Part shown: in pieces, positions 13,448 to 26,671 of the stretch
Position numbering within the stretch: position 1 is the stretch's first letter
How the letters are laid out: each line of letters begins with the position of its first letter
Origin: Octopus vulgaris
Lineage: Eukaryota
Assembly: GCA_951406725.2 (NCBI GenBank)
Contig: OX597815.1
Coordinates: 77,066,001-77,130,000, forward strand
Direction of reading: 5' to 3'
DNA: 64,000 nucleotides
Notes under the pieces: model-generated
What the model was told of the DNA's origin: nothing
What the model saw: the letters and a program-made list of their open reading frames with translations, nothing else
The model's database searches: none
Program-made: the position numbers and the translations under genes

Positions 13448-13909
13448 TATAGGCGCAGGAGTGGCTTTATAGTCGCAGGGGTGGCTTTATAGGCGCAGGA
13501 GTGGCTCTATAGGCGCAGGAGTGGCTGTGTGATAAGTAGCTTGCTTACCAACCACATGGTTCCGGGTTCAGTCCTACTGCTTGGCACCTTGGGCAAGTGT
13601 CTTCTACTATAGCCTCGGGCCGACCAAAGCCTTGTGGGTGGATTTGGTAGACGGAAACTGAAAGAAGCCCGTCGTATATATGTATATATATATATGTGTA
13701 TGTATGTGTGTGTATATGTTTGTATGTCTGTGTTTGTCCCCACAACATCGCTTGACAACCGATGCTGGTGGTAACTTAGCGGTTCGGCATAAGAGATCGA
13801 TAGAATAAGTACTAGGCTTACAAAAAATAAGTCCTGGGGTCGATTTGCTCGACTAAAGGCGATGTTCCAGCATGGCCGCAATCAAATGACTGAAACAAGT
13901 AAAAGAGTA
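13448..13909 (+). mobile_element. SINE family B with a 4x tandem 20-bp repeat of its 5' end
   Basis: TATAGGCGCAGGAGTGGCTT occurs 4 times (13448-13526) and runs into a full family B body ending GAAACAAGTAAAAGAGTA. Confidence 0.9.
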
Positions 13910-14299
13910 TTCAGATTTATAACAATCCTACTGAAAAAAGGTTTTAGGTTGCTGAACTACACTGCTACAGTATGCATATTCTTTACAGTGAATATAAATT
14001 TAGAACACCCAATTTAACTGGAATTATTTTTATGACATTCAATACCTATTTCTTTACTACCCACAAGGAGCTACACAACCGTTAGTTCAAATCTTTGCAA
14101 TAATGGATGTTCTTATTTTATTTCCGGTCACACAAAACCAAAATATTAATAATAAATTTGTCTTGTGTAAACTAAAACCATAGATGCTGAAAAGTGTTCA
14201 CGATTTTCTAAGCTGCAATTTTCTAAATTTCCTGTATAAAATATTACCAATAAAGTTACAATTTTTCTTTTATCTGCCGTGAAATTAAGTTGTTTAAAT

Positions 14300-14518
14300 A
14301 TGTGACCGCGTCTGCATAGCTGGCGATTTTTTCCCTCCGTCTTCCCTTCCTTGGATCTTTCCTTTTCCTATGTTTCTGACGAAGCATTAAATCCTCCTTC
14401 TTTCTTTCCTTTCTTGAGCGTCCAATGACACTATACTTGTTCCACGTCCTCGCGTTGTTGTGTTTTCTCTTTGTGTTTTCATGTTTGGATTAACTTTATA
14501 TATATATATATATATATA
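14300..14518 (+). mobile_element. Penelope-like terminal module (family E) with deleted hammerhead, ending at (TA)n
   Basis: TTTCTGACGAAG followed by a deletion, then TTCTTGAGCGT and a pyrimidine-rich tail to (TA)n. Same layout as 40370-40680 and 56380-56578. Confidence 0.5.
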
Positions 14519-15502
14519 CTTTACTATATTAAACTTCCTAGTTCAAACTCTTTCTTTGTTTTTATTTACAATTTTTATGGTAATGGATATAAATGAGTGA
14601 TTAGCTCCGCAGATTCTAGAGCATTGTCCATAAAATAAACCGTTGATTAAATCGATTAAGTCAACCGGGGTTGCATTTTTTGTGAAATATCAAATTGAAC
14701 TTTTTTATTTTATGCTTGAACATTCGCAGCAACTAAATAACCCAGCTATCTATGCTATATAATTGCTATTATGATACCATGTGTTCCACCTAACTTGCAA
14801 TTTTCAATTGTGGATTATGTTTTTCAAATTGTTGATTTGCTTACATCATTTGCTATTGTTGCTTTTCATTTTGTACTTGTGGGATGCCCTTAAATAAAAT
14901 TTTAGATGTACTACGAAACAATAAGTTGATTGAATCGACAGACATTAAGATGACTCCGCTATGCTGGCTGTCAATGTTATTCGTACTTTTGTCAAGGATA
15001 AAATAAACAAAGCTATTTTATGAGTATTTCAATGATAACAAATACATACATCCTGTCTTTTTATCATTGCCCTTTATAATACTTTTCCTCCTAACGTACA
15101 AATGTAAAAAATACAGAAGCAAGTTATTTGCCAAAAAGAAAAAAGACCGTGAATGACCGGATTATGGGTGGAAGAGGAAGGGAATGAACACACGTGCGTA
15201 GGGATGTGAACACAGTTACATGAAAACTATACACACGCATAAGGACATATGCACGCATAATTATAAGTATGTGTGTGCGGGCGCGCTTGTGTGAGTCCAA
15301 CCCCACATCTATCTTGCTGAGATATATTAACATACATAGCTACAGAAATAGGGCGTATCTCTCTGCTATTGGTTTAACTTTTCCTGTATATATTTACATA
15401 AATACATATGAAGTTAAATGTGTTTACATAGACATAGCCTAAGATTTCAAATAGTCCTTCACATACAGCACAAAACAATATTTTCCTTTATGTATTTATT
15501 TA

Positions 15503-15562
<60 letters not shown>

Positions 15563-15683
15563 TACATACATACATACATACATGCATACATACATACATA
15601 CATACATACATACATACATACATACATACATACATACATGCATGCATGCTGCATGCATAATAAATACATACATATATTGTCTG

Positions 15684-15719
<36 letters not shown>

Positions 15720-16429
15720 TGTATGTCTATGTATGTATATGTGTATGTAATTATGTATGCATGCATTGTGTCAATACAGATGTATGCATATAAAGTGCGA
15801 CGTATTTTTCAAATGCCAGCCATTGTTGTGCTTTATTATTGTTATTGCTGAGGTAATTCAAATCCCGCTAGTAACTACTGTTCTTTTCCTCCTTCCGGAG
15901 GAAGAATTACTCAAATACTAGGATCAATTTAATTGACTACAGGCCTCCACTCCATCCCATCACCAGAACAAATACGTGACATTGTAACATTTAAAAAAAA
16001 TTATTATTATGTTTGATTTTTTTTTCATTCCAAAGCTGAATTAAATTACAATAAGAATTATACAACCAAAATACAAGTCTTACTATTTATTCATTGGATA
16101 CTGTTACATTTGTCCTGTTTTCTTCCATAGCATGAGTTTCTTGCTTACATTCTTAATTACACTTTTCTAAAAAAATATTGTATTCACCGATAATTTTAAT
16201 AGCGATCACCACCACGAAATGATAGGAAAAATGAAATATAGGTTGTTAGCTTAATCTCTTTAAGCCGTATGCTGACAATCCTGAGACAAAATAAATAGCG
16301 TTGAGATGAGTAAACTGCTTGTGGTAAGGCGGCAAGAAAAAGAATGTTTCATGTGAGTGTTTTTACCATTGGTAACTCGAACTAACGTATTGTCGTCCGT
16401 TGGTCGTAAACAAATTCTAAGGTTTCGGT

Positions 16430-19212
16430 AATGCTTACTAATACTGAAGGACCTAGTGCGTTAGATGAGTTTTCTTTGGTTTATCATTCAGGAAAAAAAA
16501 ACTCATATACTGTCCTTGCAGAATCTGTATTTTCTCATCCAATTGCGCCAGCACCACAGCCGTCAACACAACAACCGCTACCACCACCAACATCGCCAAC
16601 ACTATCACAACCCCATCTCGCCACAAAAAGAAAGCTCACGCAACAGTCAACCACATAGACACCAAACTTCGTGCTTGTGAGGAGAGCCAACAATAAATTA
16701 ATGGCCCTCAATAGCACGAAATAAAGATGTAGAGAGATGGGTTGGAATTTATGACACCAGCACTTGTAAAGTGCCAGATGACTTAATGTTAGTGCGGATG
16801 CCACTTAACATAAACAAGAACATCAGAGAGATTTCCTCCTACGACGTGGAAACTCCGAATGTAAATGTCACGAGCAAACTTTTAAAGAGGTTCTCAAGGG
16901 AACCCCAACCAACCTCGGATGTTGGGCCACCCACCCACCGACAGCACCGGGAAGTTAAGTGACCCCGTCTTTTTCTTTTCTCTCAACTGTCTCCAGCCAA
17001 CATGACGAATATTAGCGTCGGTTACATAAATGTACGTGTCTGAGATCGTCCTGGAAGCAAGGTTGCTTGTTCAATGATCTCAGGCTGCCAGATTTGGACG
17101 TGATAGCCGCCAGTGAGACCAGAGTTTCTGACACGAGCACACTAGCTCCCATTTTTGACAAATTTGAGACTTAAGTATCCCTTAATCGTCCTGGAATGGG
17201 AGGCGGGTGGCAACTAGTAAGGAAAGGCCTGGATCTTGAGGTACGATCGATCTTTCTGGACCCGGTGCTCCTAGATGTGAACAATAGCGAAGATAATGCT
17301 TTTAGACTAGTCGCTGTGTACGCTCCCACTGGGACGGGGCAGCCAGATTTCTTCAAACGCTTGGAGGTTTTCCTTGGGACATCTCGCTCTTTAATGCTCG
17401 TGGACGAGTGGGACGCCGTCTTGGATGCCTTCCTGGTTAGGATGGAGCTAGCCGATATGAGAGGAGAGCGTAAAAGACTTACAAACCTACTCAGCCGCTT
17501 CCAAGCGTCTGACAGGTTCCAACAGGAATTTCCGAATGTGCCAGTATGGATATGGGCAAACAGCACCTGGTCTTCCAGATCGTATCTAGATATGAAATTT
17601 TGTAGGCCAGTAAATAGAAGTAGCATAGGTTGTCCATAGTTCAACGTTGTCGGCTACACAAACAACAAGTTTGTGACCTGTACGGTCGACCTATATAGGA
17701 TCCATATGCAGGGCCTCGGATACTGGAAACTGAACGCATCTTTCCCGGTGCATCAAGCTTTCAGAAATCGGGTTAGGAAGTTGTGGCGTGCAATCATCAA
17801 CAACCGACGGTGAATAGCCCTGAAAAGAGAGATATTATCGTTTCGTAAAGAATTAACGTTAGAAGGATCTAGAATAGAGGGAGACCTAGTTAGGAAACCA
17901 GAAGAGGTACTTAGTAAAAGTATGTCGACTGATGTGCTGGCGGAGAGATTCTTCAATACCAAGCACGTAGGTTGTGTTGTCAGAACTAGAGCGTGTGCAC
18001 TAAAACACGAGAGGATCAAAGCCGTTCGAAAGACCCGGGTGACGGAGGCGCAACGTAACAACAAATCCACAATTCGGTCTTTGACAGGCCAGGACGGGCT
18101 CTTGCTACTTGAGTCCAAGTAGGTGCGTGCGGAATTTCAGCGGCGCTTTGCTGCTGAACTATACGGAGCGCGCGGCGAGAAAGAATCGGAATGGATTTCA
18201 CCTTCTTCCACGACGATATACCGTGTCTTTCTTCCAGGCACGCAGAGTTCTATGAAATGCCGATAACAGCCGAAGACATAGGGGACACGATGACTAGCTG
18301 CACAAGAAAGAGGTCCCCGGGGCCGGATGGTCTGCAATTAGAGCTTTATCTTCATATGCCAGAATTGTTTGGTGATATCCTGGCGGAAGTCTATTGCAAC
18401 TGGCAACAGAACAGGAGAATTCCCAGTGCTGTGAGCCGTGATGTGATAATGCTGTCAAGAAAGAAGCCGAACAAGGGGGACGAAATAGATAACTCTATTA
18501 AACACAGGTTACAATGTTTTAGCCAAAGTATTTCGAGAGGTATCTGATCCTGCTTCGGGTCAGAGCGATAACGTCCTTGGCGAGTCTCTGGACGTCAGCT
18601 TTCCGGATGACTTTCGAGCTGGACCTATGGATAATTTCGAGAAATTCCTGGCCTGGAAGTGCTAACGGGGATCTCTGCAGTTCAAGACAAGATCTACAGG
18701 CACAAAAGCGCTGTCAGACGAACTAGCTGACATGCGCGCAGAGTGGTTTCCTCACCACTCTGTATGCACATATCCAGTGTCCGGACATTGCTGACTTGTG
18801 GACCTTTGTCGACCAACTATCGTCGCGTGTAGAATAGATCCGGTTATCGGGTGAGTTATCCGGTTATCGCCGCGCCACCTTTCTTTGGCCTGGAAGAGCA
18901 GACAGTTTTCCCCTCTTTGGTGACTGTGGCGAAAGAAGTAGTGTGGTGAATAAGGTTGCAAGGACTGAAAACATACCTTCTTCTTCGGCCAAGGCCACAT
19001 CCACTTTTTCAAGTTCCACTTGATAAAGAAAGCGAAGACAAGGGAGAAAGTGCTGCTCCTCGGTAATTTTGTTGAAAGGTGAGTAAATGTGACGAGGATA
19101 GCTCGTGTGAATGACACTACTCCGAATACGCACCTGTAGGCCTGAGGGAATGAAGAGGAGAGGTGTGTCCGCCCGCCGCACTGTCCTTTGTTTTGTGTGC
19201 GGCCATCGTGAC
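16430..19212 (+). pseudogene. Degenerate L1/Tx1-clade LINE (ORF1 tail, APE endonuclease, RT N-terminus, zf-RVT-like end) with RT core deleted
   Basis: ORF2 starts MTNISVGYINV at 17002. Motifs DVIAASETR, FRLVAVYAPTG, SRSYLD, GYWKLNAS, RSPGPDGL, LLNTGYNVLAKV (~18495-18530), then a jump to FEKFLAWKC and a C-terminal Cys/His region. Many stops and frameshifts. Confidence 0.85.
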
Positions 19213-19226
19213 CAATAATAATAATA

Positions 19227-19283
<57 letters not shown>

Positions 19284-19837
19284 GAGTGAGAAAGCAGTTC
19301 ATGCCATCAAAGTGACACTGGGGTAAAATATACGAAGCCCAATATACCCATCATGACTACCCGTCTGATAAGGGTACACCAGGCACATGCATCACAACCA
19401 TATGTGCGCGACATGGTGATCTCATATCAAGATAAACAGCACATGACCTTGCAGGTGGGGCCCAATTAGAATTTTCTTCAGGTTGAGTAGCCCATCCCGC
19501 TCAAAAGGTCCCTGAATAAGGGTTGTTTAAGGATGTTGAAAGAACCACCCATGCTTCCAGAGGTGAATTATTCAAACCCCAAAGAATCCCTCTCAACACA
19601 TGGCTATGATGCTCCCCCACTACTTCTGCTCATGATCAGAGATGCACATATCGTCAGCCACTAATGGACATGCTCAACTGGTTACGGTCAAACAACTGAC
19701 AAGCAAATATGTGGTATTGAGCAGAATATTTGCTGTAGCCCGTCTTTTATACCAAGACAAAACAATGTACATGATAACACTTACAATCAGTTAAGATCAG
19801 AAGCCATGAAAGCCACTGTCTGGTACTGCATCAGGGC
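19284..19837 (-). mobile_element. 554-bp non-autonomous (AAT)n-targeted retroelement, copy 1
   Basis: Near-identical to 19926-20476, 23602-24155 and 41534-42087. Flanked on both sides by (ATT)n. Confidence 0.9.
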
Positions 19838-19845
19838 ATTTATTA

Positions 19846-19925
<80 letters not shown>

Positions 19926-20476
19926 GAGTGGGTGAGAGCGCAGTACATGCCATCAAAGTGACACAGGGGTATACGAAGCCCAGTATACCCATCATGACTA
20001 CTCGTCTGGTAAGGATGCACCAGATGCATGCATCACAACCATATGTGTACATGTGGATCTCAAAACAAAGTAAACAGTACATGACCTTGTAACTGGGGCC
20101 CAGTCGGAATTTTTTTTTCAGGCCGAGTAGTCCATCCTGCTCAAAAGATCCCTGAATAATGGTTGTTTAAGGATGTTGAACGAAACAACCATATTTCCAG
20201 AGGTGAATTATTCAAATCCCAAAGAATTCCTCTCAACACATGGTTATGATACTCCCCCACTGCTTCTGCTTGTGATCAGAGATGCGCATATCGTCAACCA
20301 CTAGGGAACATGCTTAATCGGTTAAGGTCAAACAACTGACAAGCAAAACTGTGGTAGTGAGTAGAATATTTGCTGTAGCCCACCTTTTATACTAAGACAA
20401 AACACGTACATGATAACACTTCCAATCAGTTCAGGTCAGAAGCCATGAGAGTCAGTACCTGGTACTGCATAAGGGC
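19926..20476 (-). mobile_element. 554-bp family, copy 2 (more diverged)
   Basis: Same ends (GAGTG...CAGGGC-like), between (ATT)n and (ATC)n/(ATT)n. Confidence 0.88.
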
Positions 20477-20478
20477 AT

Positions 20479-20528
<50 letters not shown>

Positions 20529-20546
20529 TATCATTATTATTATTAC

Positions 20547-20640
<94 letters not shown>

Positions 20641-20654
20641 ATATAATTATTATG

Positions 20655-20707
<53 letters not shown>

Positions 20708-20710
20708 AAC

Positions 20711-20910
20711 AGAGCTGCCAGAATCGTTAGCGCGCTGGACGAAATGCTTAGCGGCATTTCGCCCATCACTACATTCTGAGTTAAAATTCTGCCGAGACCG
20801 ACTCTCATCCTTTCGGTGTCGATAAATTAAGTACCAGTGAAATTTTGGGGTCGATGTAATCGACTATCCCCTCCTCCAAAACTTTGGGCATTGTGCCTAT
20901 GATAGTAAGG

Positions 20911-20951
<41 letters not shown>

Positions 20952-21560
20952 AACAGAGGGCTGGCAGAATCGTTAGCGCGCCGAACGAAATGCTTAGCGG
21001 TATTTCGCCCGTCGCTACATTCTGAGTTTAAAATCTACCGAGGTCGACTTTACCTTTCGAGGTCGATAAAATAAGTACAAGATAAACACTAGGGTCGATG
21101 TAATCAACTTATCCTCTCCCCTCAAATTGCTACCCTTGTAGCAAAATTTGAAACCTTTATTACACATATACACAAAGAAGAAAAATTTCTGATATCAGGC
21201 TACAAGTAACTTTAGATGCCAAGGACCCTCCTAAGTATCCTAGCTGTCCCTAATAACACTGTTTTCTGAAGCTGTACTAGACTGAATCATTTCTATTATA
21301 AGCACAAGGTCTGAAATTTTGGTGGGAGGGGCTAGTCGATTACATCGACCTCAGTACTCAACTGGTATTCATTTAATCGACTCCAAAAGGATGAAAAGCA
21401 AAGCCCGCCTCGCTGGAATTTGAAGACAATCATCATCATCCTCATCATCATCATCATTATTATTAAAGTGACGATCTAGCAGGATCGTTAGCACACTGAG
21501 TAAAATGCTTAGCGGTATTTCACCCGTCGGTACTTTCTGAGTTCAAATTCCGCCAAGGTC
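20711..21560. mobile_element. SINE family A copies separated by (ATT)n/(ATC)n: 20711-20912(+), 20956-21156(+), 21290-21425(-), 21467-21560(+)
   Basis: GAGCTGGCAGAATCGTTAGC heads and GAGTT(C/T)AAAT B-boxes. Confidence 0.8.
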
Positions 21561-21570
21561 ATATTATTAT

Positions 21571-22135
21571 AATTTTACGTTTGGCTTTTGATTTGTATTT
21601 GTATAAGTTGACTCCAAGTCTCGACCAGAGACTTCAAGAGACAACAAGTTAGAAGTTGAAGCTGGTGCTATGCCTAGGGTTCCATATTTTTGGTTTTGCG
21701 CAGACTATTGTTCTAGAGAATGTTTGTCAAAGCATAAGTAAATTAGAAGCTTGTTTTAAGAGAAATTTGATTATAAGATGGTAATGTGATGTTGACAGTA
21801 AAAGGTATTTGCTATTATGTACACTTAAAAGTACTTTTGACAATGTTTACAGATTAAAATGTTTTGGGGATTACATAGGCAATATTTTCGTAGGATATGA
21901 GTAGTTCCCATGAGCACTAGTTTTTGAATTTCTTCTATTTTGGGATTTCTTGGTATCTGAAATCGGTAGCAATCAGCCCCTTTTGCTATCATTCCTAGGG
22001 CACCTATGACAACAGGTATTGTTTTAGTCTTACTTCTGCTCGTCTTATTACCAAGACAAAATATGCACAAGATAACGCTTCCAATCAGTTAAGATTAGAA
22101 GTCATGAGAGTCAGTGCCTGGTACTGCATCAGGGC
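21571..22135 (-). mobile_element. Internally deleted R4/Dong-like element: 5' leader of the 554-bp family fused to an RLE C-terminus and 3' UTR
   Basis: Minus strand: GCCCTGATGCAGTACCAGG...TGTCTTGGTA (554-family 5' end), then ACGAGCAGAAGTA, then KTKTIPVVIGALGMIAKG...EEIQKLVLMGTTHILRKY, a 3' UTR and an AAT tail. Confidence 0.8.
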
Positions 22136-22147
22136 TTTTATCATTAT

Positions 22148-22250
<103 letters not shown>

Positions 22251-22253
22251 ATT

Positions 22254-23575
22254 GAAGATGTCGTACAGTATCCAATATTATGATGTTGTAGATTGAAGAT
22301 TTTGTGTGTACCGGGGTGTTTTCCTGCCTGTCAAGTCACAACAAGGACCTCAGACAGACAGTTCTTTACACAGTATGCGTGCTGTTCCAAGTAAAGCCGA
22401 CTTTTTCAATACACCAACGCTAGGGTAGTTCTAAAATGTCTAGATGTTTCTTCAGGTTGGATGGTAGTGAACTCAATTCTTCGAAAACAGGAACTACCTT
22501 TATGTTTGACTCTTGCAGCGGTCAGATATTAACGATCTAAATTCTCAAGTCTCCAAATTTGTCAACCTTTTCTCTTTCCTTCGTGATATGTTGATCTCCT
22601 GACACTCCCACGTCGATTAGTAGGCACTCTTGTTTGTCCCTTTTAAAGGTTACTATATCTGGTCTTTATGGAGGCGCGTGGTTTAGTGGTTAGGGTGTCA
22701 GCATCATGATCGTAAGATTGTGGTTTCGATTCCTGGACCGGGCGACGCGTTGTGTTCTTGAGCAAAACACTTCATTTTACGTTGCTCCAGTCCACTCAGC
22801 TGGCAAAAATGAGTAACGCTGCGATTGACTGGTGTCCCGTCCAGCTGGGGAACACATACGCCATTGAAACCTGGAAACCGGGCCCATGAGCCTGGCTAGG
22901 CTTTAAAAGGGCGCATTTTTTTTTTATTATATCCGGTCTTTGGTGCCCTTACACCTTGTCTGTCTGGAAGTCAAAGCCCCAGAGGATCTTTGCCTTCCTG
23001 TTTTCGTCATTACCTTTTCCGGTGTCTGTTGGTACCAAACACCTGTTACCTCGTATCCATACTTCCGGCATAGTAGCTGGTGACGGTTTTGAGCTGTCTT
23101 TTCGTCAGCACATACGCTTGACTTTCACAAGACTTTCACAAGCACTAACAATGTGAGTTACAGTTTTGACTTTCTTCCCACACATTCTGCAGAGGTTCGT
23201 TGCACTTATGTGGTATATATTTCTTTTCACTGAGTTGGTATTCAATGCCTGGTCCTGGGTAGCGATGATTAGGCTTTCAGTCTTCTTTTTAAGGTCACCT
23301 TTGCTGAGCCACCTCCATGATACTTCCTGGTTTCTTTAATTGTTAATTTCACGGTGGAAGTGACCATGTAATTCCATGCGGAGTGGAGTTTCTCCTCTCT
23401 CGGTGGCTATTAGTGATAGGAATTCATTAGCACTCTCAACCCCATTGCTGGTAAATCCTTCTGCATTAGCAGTATACTGTAGTAGGTCTTGCTCACTATT
23501 TAACAAATACTCTGCTATGTTTCTTCTTTCACTGTCGATGCACTCCCATACGATACCCAGGCCACATCAACCTTA
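22254..23575 (-). pseudogene. 5'-truncated R4/Dong-clade LINE (CCHC zinc knuckle + restriction-like endonuclease) ending in (AAT)n
   Basis: Minus-strand translation: KTESLIIATQDQALNT, CRMCGKKVKTVTHIVSAC, ILWGFDFQTDK, RPDIV...LLIDV, KSALLGTARIL. Starts near the GGRGL-like motif. Confidence 0.85.
22668..22927 (+). mobile_element. tRNA-derived SINE family C inserted in the RPD motif of the Dong-like LINE
   Basis: Head GGAGGCGCGTGGTTTAGTGGTTAGGG...GGTTTCGATTCCTGG, poly(T) end. 14-bp TSD TATATC(T/C)GGTCTTT at 22654-22667 and 22928-22941. Confidence 0.88.
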
Positions 23576-23601
23576 TTATCATTAAAATTATTATTATTAT
23601 T

Positions 23602-24155
23602 GAGTGAGAGAGCAGTGCATGCCATCAAAGTGACGCTGGGGTAAAATATACGAAGCCCAGTATACCCATCATGACTACCCGTCTGATAAGGGTACACCAG
23701 GCATATGCATCACAACCATATGTGCGCGACATGGTGATCTCATATCAAGATAAACAGCACATGACCTTGCAGGTGGGGCCCAGTTAGAACTTTCTTCAGG
23801 TCGAGTAACCCATCCCGCTCAAAAGGTCCCTGAATAAAGGTTGTTTAAGGATGTTGAACGAAACACCCATATTTCCAGAGGTGGATTACTCAAACCCCAA
23901 AGAATCCCTCTCAACACATGGCTATGATGCTCCCCCACTAATTCTGCTCGTGATCAAAAATGCACATATCGTCAGCTACTAAGGGACATGCTCAACTGGT
24001 TAAGGTCAAACAACTGACAAGCAAATCTGTGGTATTGAGCAGAATATTTGCTGTAGCCCATCTTTTATACCAAGACAAAACAATGTACATGATAACACTT
24101 ACAATCAGTTAAGATCAGAAGCCATGAAAGCCACTGTCTGGTACTGCATCAGGGC
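23602..24155 (-). mobile_element. 554-bp family, copy 3
   Basis: Exactly 554 bp with the same ends, flanked by ATT repeats. Confidence 0.9.
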
Positions 24156-24212
<57 letters not shown>

Positions 24213-24215
24213 CAA

Positions 24216-24427
24216 GGTGACGAGCTGGCAGAAGCGTCGGCACACTAGGCGAAATGCTTAGCAGTATTTCATCTGTCTTTATGTTCTGAGTTCAAATTCT
24301 GCCGAGGTCAACTTTGCCTTTCATCTTTTCGGGGTCAATAAATAAAGTATCAGTTGCGTACTGGGGTCGATCTAATCGACTGGTCCCCTCCCCAAAAATT
24401 TCGGTCCTTGTGCCAAGAGTAGAAAAG

Positions 24428-24428
<1 letters not shown>
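24216..24428 (+). mobile_element. SINE family A monomer with (ATT)n tail
   Basis: Full head, B-box and terminal CCTTGTGCCAAGAGTAGAAAAG followed by (ATT)n. Confidence 0.85.
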
Positions 24429-24480
<52 letters not shown>

Positions 24481-25019
24481 ATTTAGCTTGAGTGAACGTG
24501 TTAACTTCGCTCTCTTTGTATTTTTTACCACTCTTTATTTCATATACAAAGAAAAGAAATCAGAATGCTAAAGGAAGACAATGGAAAGCTTGTGTACCAA
24601 CCCTGTCTACACTCTCGTATGGACAAAATAAGGGTATTTTTATTGAGTATTTCTGATCTAAAAGTATGTAAGCTCTTCGCTCACTTGCAGTTCAACATGG
24701 ATGTTTGTAATCTCCACAGTAGTGGTTGTAACGACATAAATATCACGTTCACCAGTTATAAACATCTGAAAAAAATATTAACACAGATTCTAAATATGAA
24801 GAACATCTAGAAAAAAAATAGAAAAAAGAAAACAAAGACTGCTAGCTTTGTCCTACTGACAAGCATACACGAGACAAAAACACCTTTCCGACAAATAACG
24901 AGGACAATATTGAATTGAATACACGAAATGAAGATATAAACAAGAACAACAACTCCAATAGCAGCAGCAGTAGTAGTCGCATCACACACACACATTCGCG
25001 AACGTTACGGTAACCAGAG

Positions 25020-26200
25020 AGTTTAGATATATGCAAAGTTCCATAGCAACGACAATTTTGACAAGCGTGTGTGATGAAACACTCCATATATTTACCCGAA
25101 GACTTCATCTAGCAACTGGTAAGGAGAATGTTAGAATAATGGAATAGCTTTTTACATGACATCCAAAGTTGATTTAAAACAAGTAATAGCCGATGTATTG
25201 GACAATGTATCGTCTCTTCAGTGAGGTAAAACATACAGTAGATTTGCTTACTTTTCACGACAAAAGACGAAGCCAGTGGCAGACTGAAATGGAATTTTTC
25301 CACTATCGTAAATAGGCTTGTCGTAATACACGGATCAACGTGGAACAAAGATATAGTCAATTGTACATAAAACTGGTATTAAGGATATTGCTAATAACAG
25401 AAACCCTTGGTTAGTTTTCACATTGGAAAGCAATATAGACAGATTGTGTGCATAGGGTCAACAAGGAACATGTGATCAGTGGTAGTGGAAGGACGTCAGT
25501 ATGGACTTCAATATCCTTATAACTACTTAGGAGCAGCGCTGGATTAACCGTTAAGCAAAATAAGCACGTGCTTAGGGCATCAAGGGATGGAGTGGGCACC
25601 ACAGAAAAAGTAAATGGTGTATGGCTCAAAAGAAATCACTTTAAATTTGTTAAAATAATATTCAGGGTACCTTTAGTTCTATTAAGTATAGATGCAGATG
25701 TGCTACCTAAGATTAATTTTGAGGAAACTTTTCAAATATAAAGTGGAAGTATACAAAAATAAACAATATTGTTTTGTTTCGTTTTGAAAAATAAAAATAT
25801 ATTTTATGGTTTGTTATTGTTTGTATTTTGAATTACATAATCTTTTATGGGGGCACCAAAATCTTTCAAGTGCTCAGGGCCTCGATAGGTTTTAATCCGG
25901 CCCTACTTAGGATCATAAGTAAATTCCAGAGATGTGCTCTGTGGAGGGTACAGAAACGATGGTCTTAAGATTACTGGTGCAGGGAAAAGACCTAGATGTT
26001 ATAGTTGTGGTAGCAGGATCCACCTGAACGTCTTTTTCTCTGAAAAGCTGGAGAAACTAAAGAGAAGGTAGTGAAGAGTAAAAATCCCCAATCTCCAAAG
26101 TATCAACAATTACATGTCCGGGGACTGAGCTTCTAGTTGCAACATCACCCGGAACACAAGTTGAGAGTGAACAGAAATTTCACCCCGTCCTCGGACCCAC
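25020..26200 (+). pseudogene. Decayed L1/Tx1-like ORF1 (zinc knuckle) interrupted by a hAT MITE
   Basis: LVQGKRPRCYSCGSRIHL at ~25974-26028 resembles the Tx1 ORF1 zinc knuckle. FTTKDEA at ~25254. Confidence 0.5.
25534..25905. mobile_element. hAT-superfamily MITE
   Basis: TIRs CAGCGCTGGATTAA / TTAATCCGGCCCTA. 8-bp TSD CTTAGGAG (25526-25533) / CTTAGGAT (25906-25913). Confidence 0.8.
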
Positions 26201-26671
26201 AGAAGACATCACAAGACTAATTGTCTTGTGGTATTTCTTTAGGTTTTTTTATAACTTTCTGGGCTCAAATTCCGTGCATTCATTTGTTCATTTAGGCATG
26301 TAAGTATGTATGTATGTATTATGTATGTATGTAGGTAGGTAGGTAGGTAGGTAGTAGATAGGTAGGTAGGTTAGGTTGGTAGGTAGGTATACTTGTTGCT
26401 GTTTAGCCCCAAGTTAGCTCTGACCTAGCAGACCCACGATCAAAAACAACTCGTCTTTCTATAGTATACCAGGACTATTTTATCCAATGTGTCTCTATCT
26501 TAGAATGATAAAGTGAAATTCGAGGGATTTGTTGCAGCGTCTGAAATACTTCGTTGTAACCCAGGAATGCAATGCCTACGCCATTTGTTAATCCGTGACG
26601 GAGAACTCCCGACATTCATTTGCTATTATTGTCATTGTTATTATTGTTGTTGTTGTTGTTGTTGTTGTTAA

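Noticed and set aside
22670-22740. tRNA genes at SINE heads (also 38598, 41371, 52445-52516)
   Set aside because: A/B boxes are present, but I see no complete cloverleaf or acceptor stem, and each continues into a SINE body.
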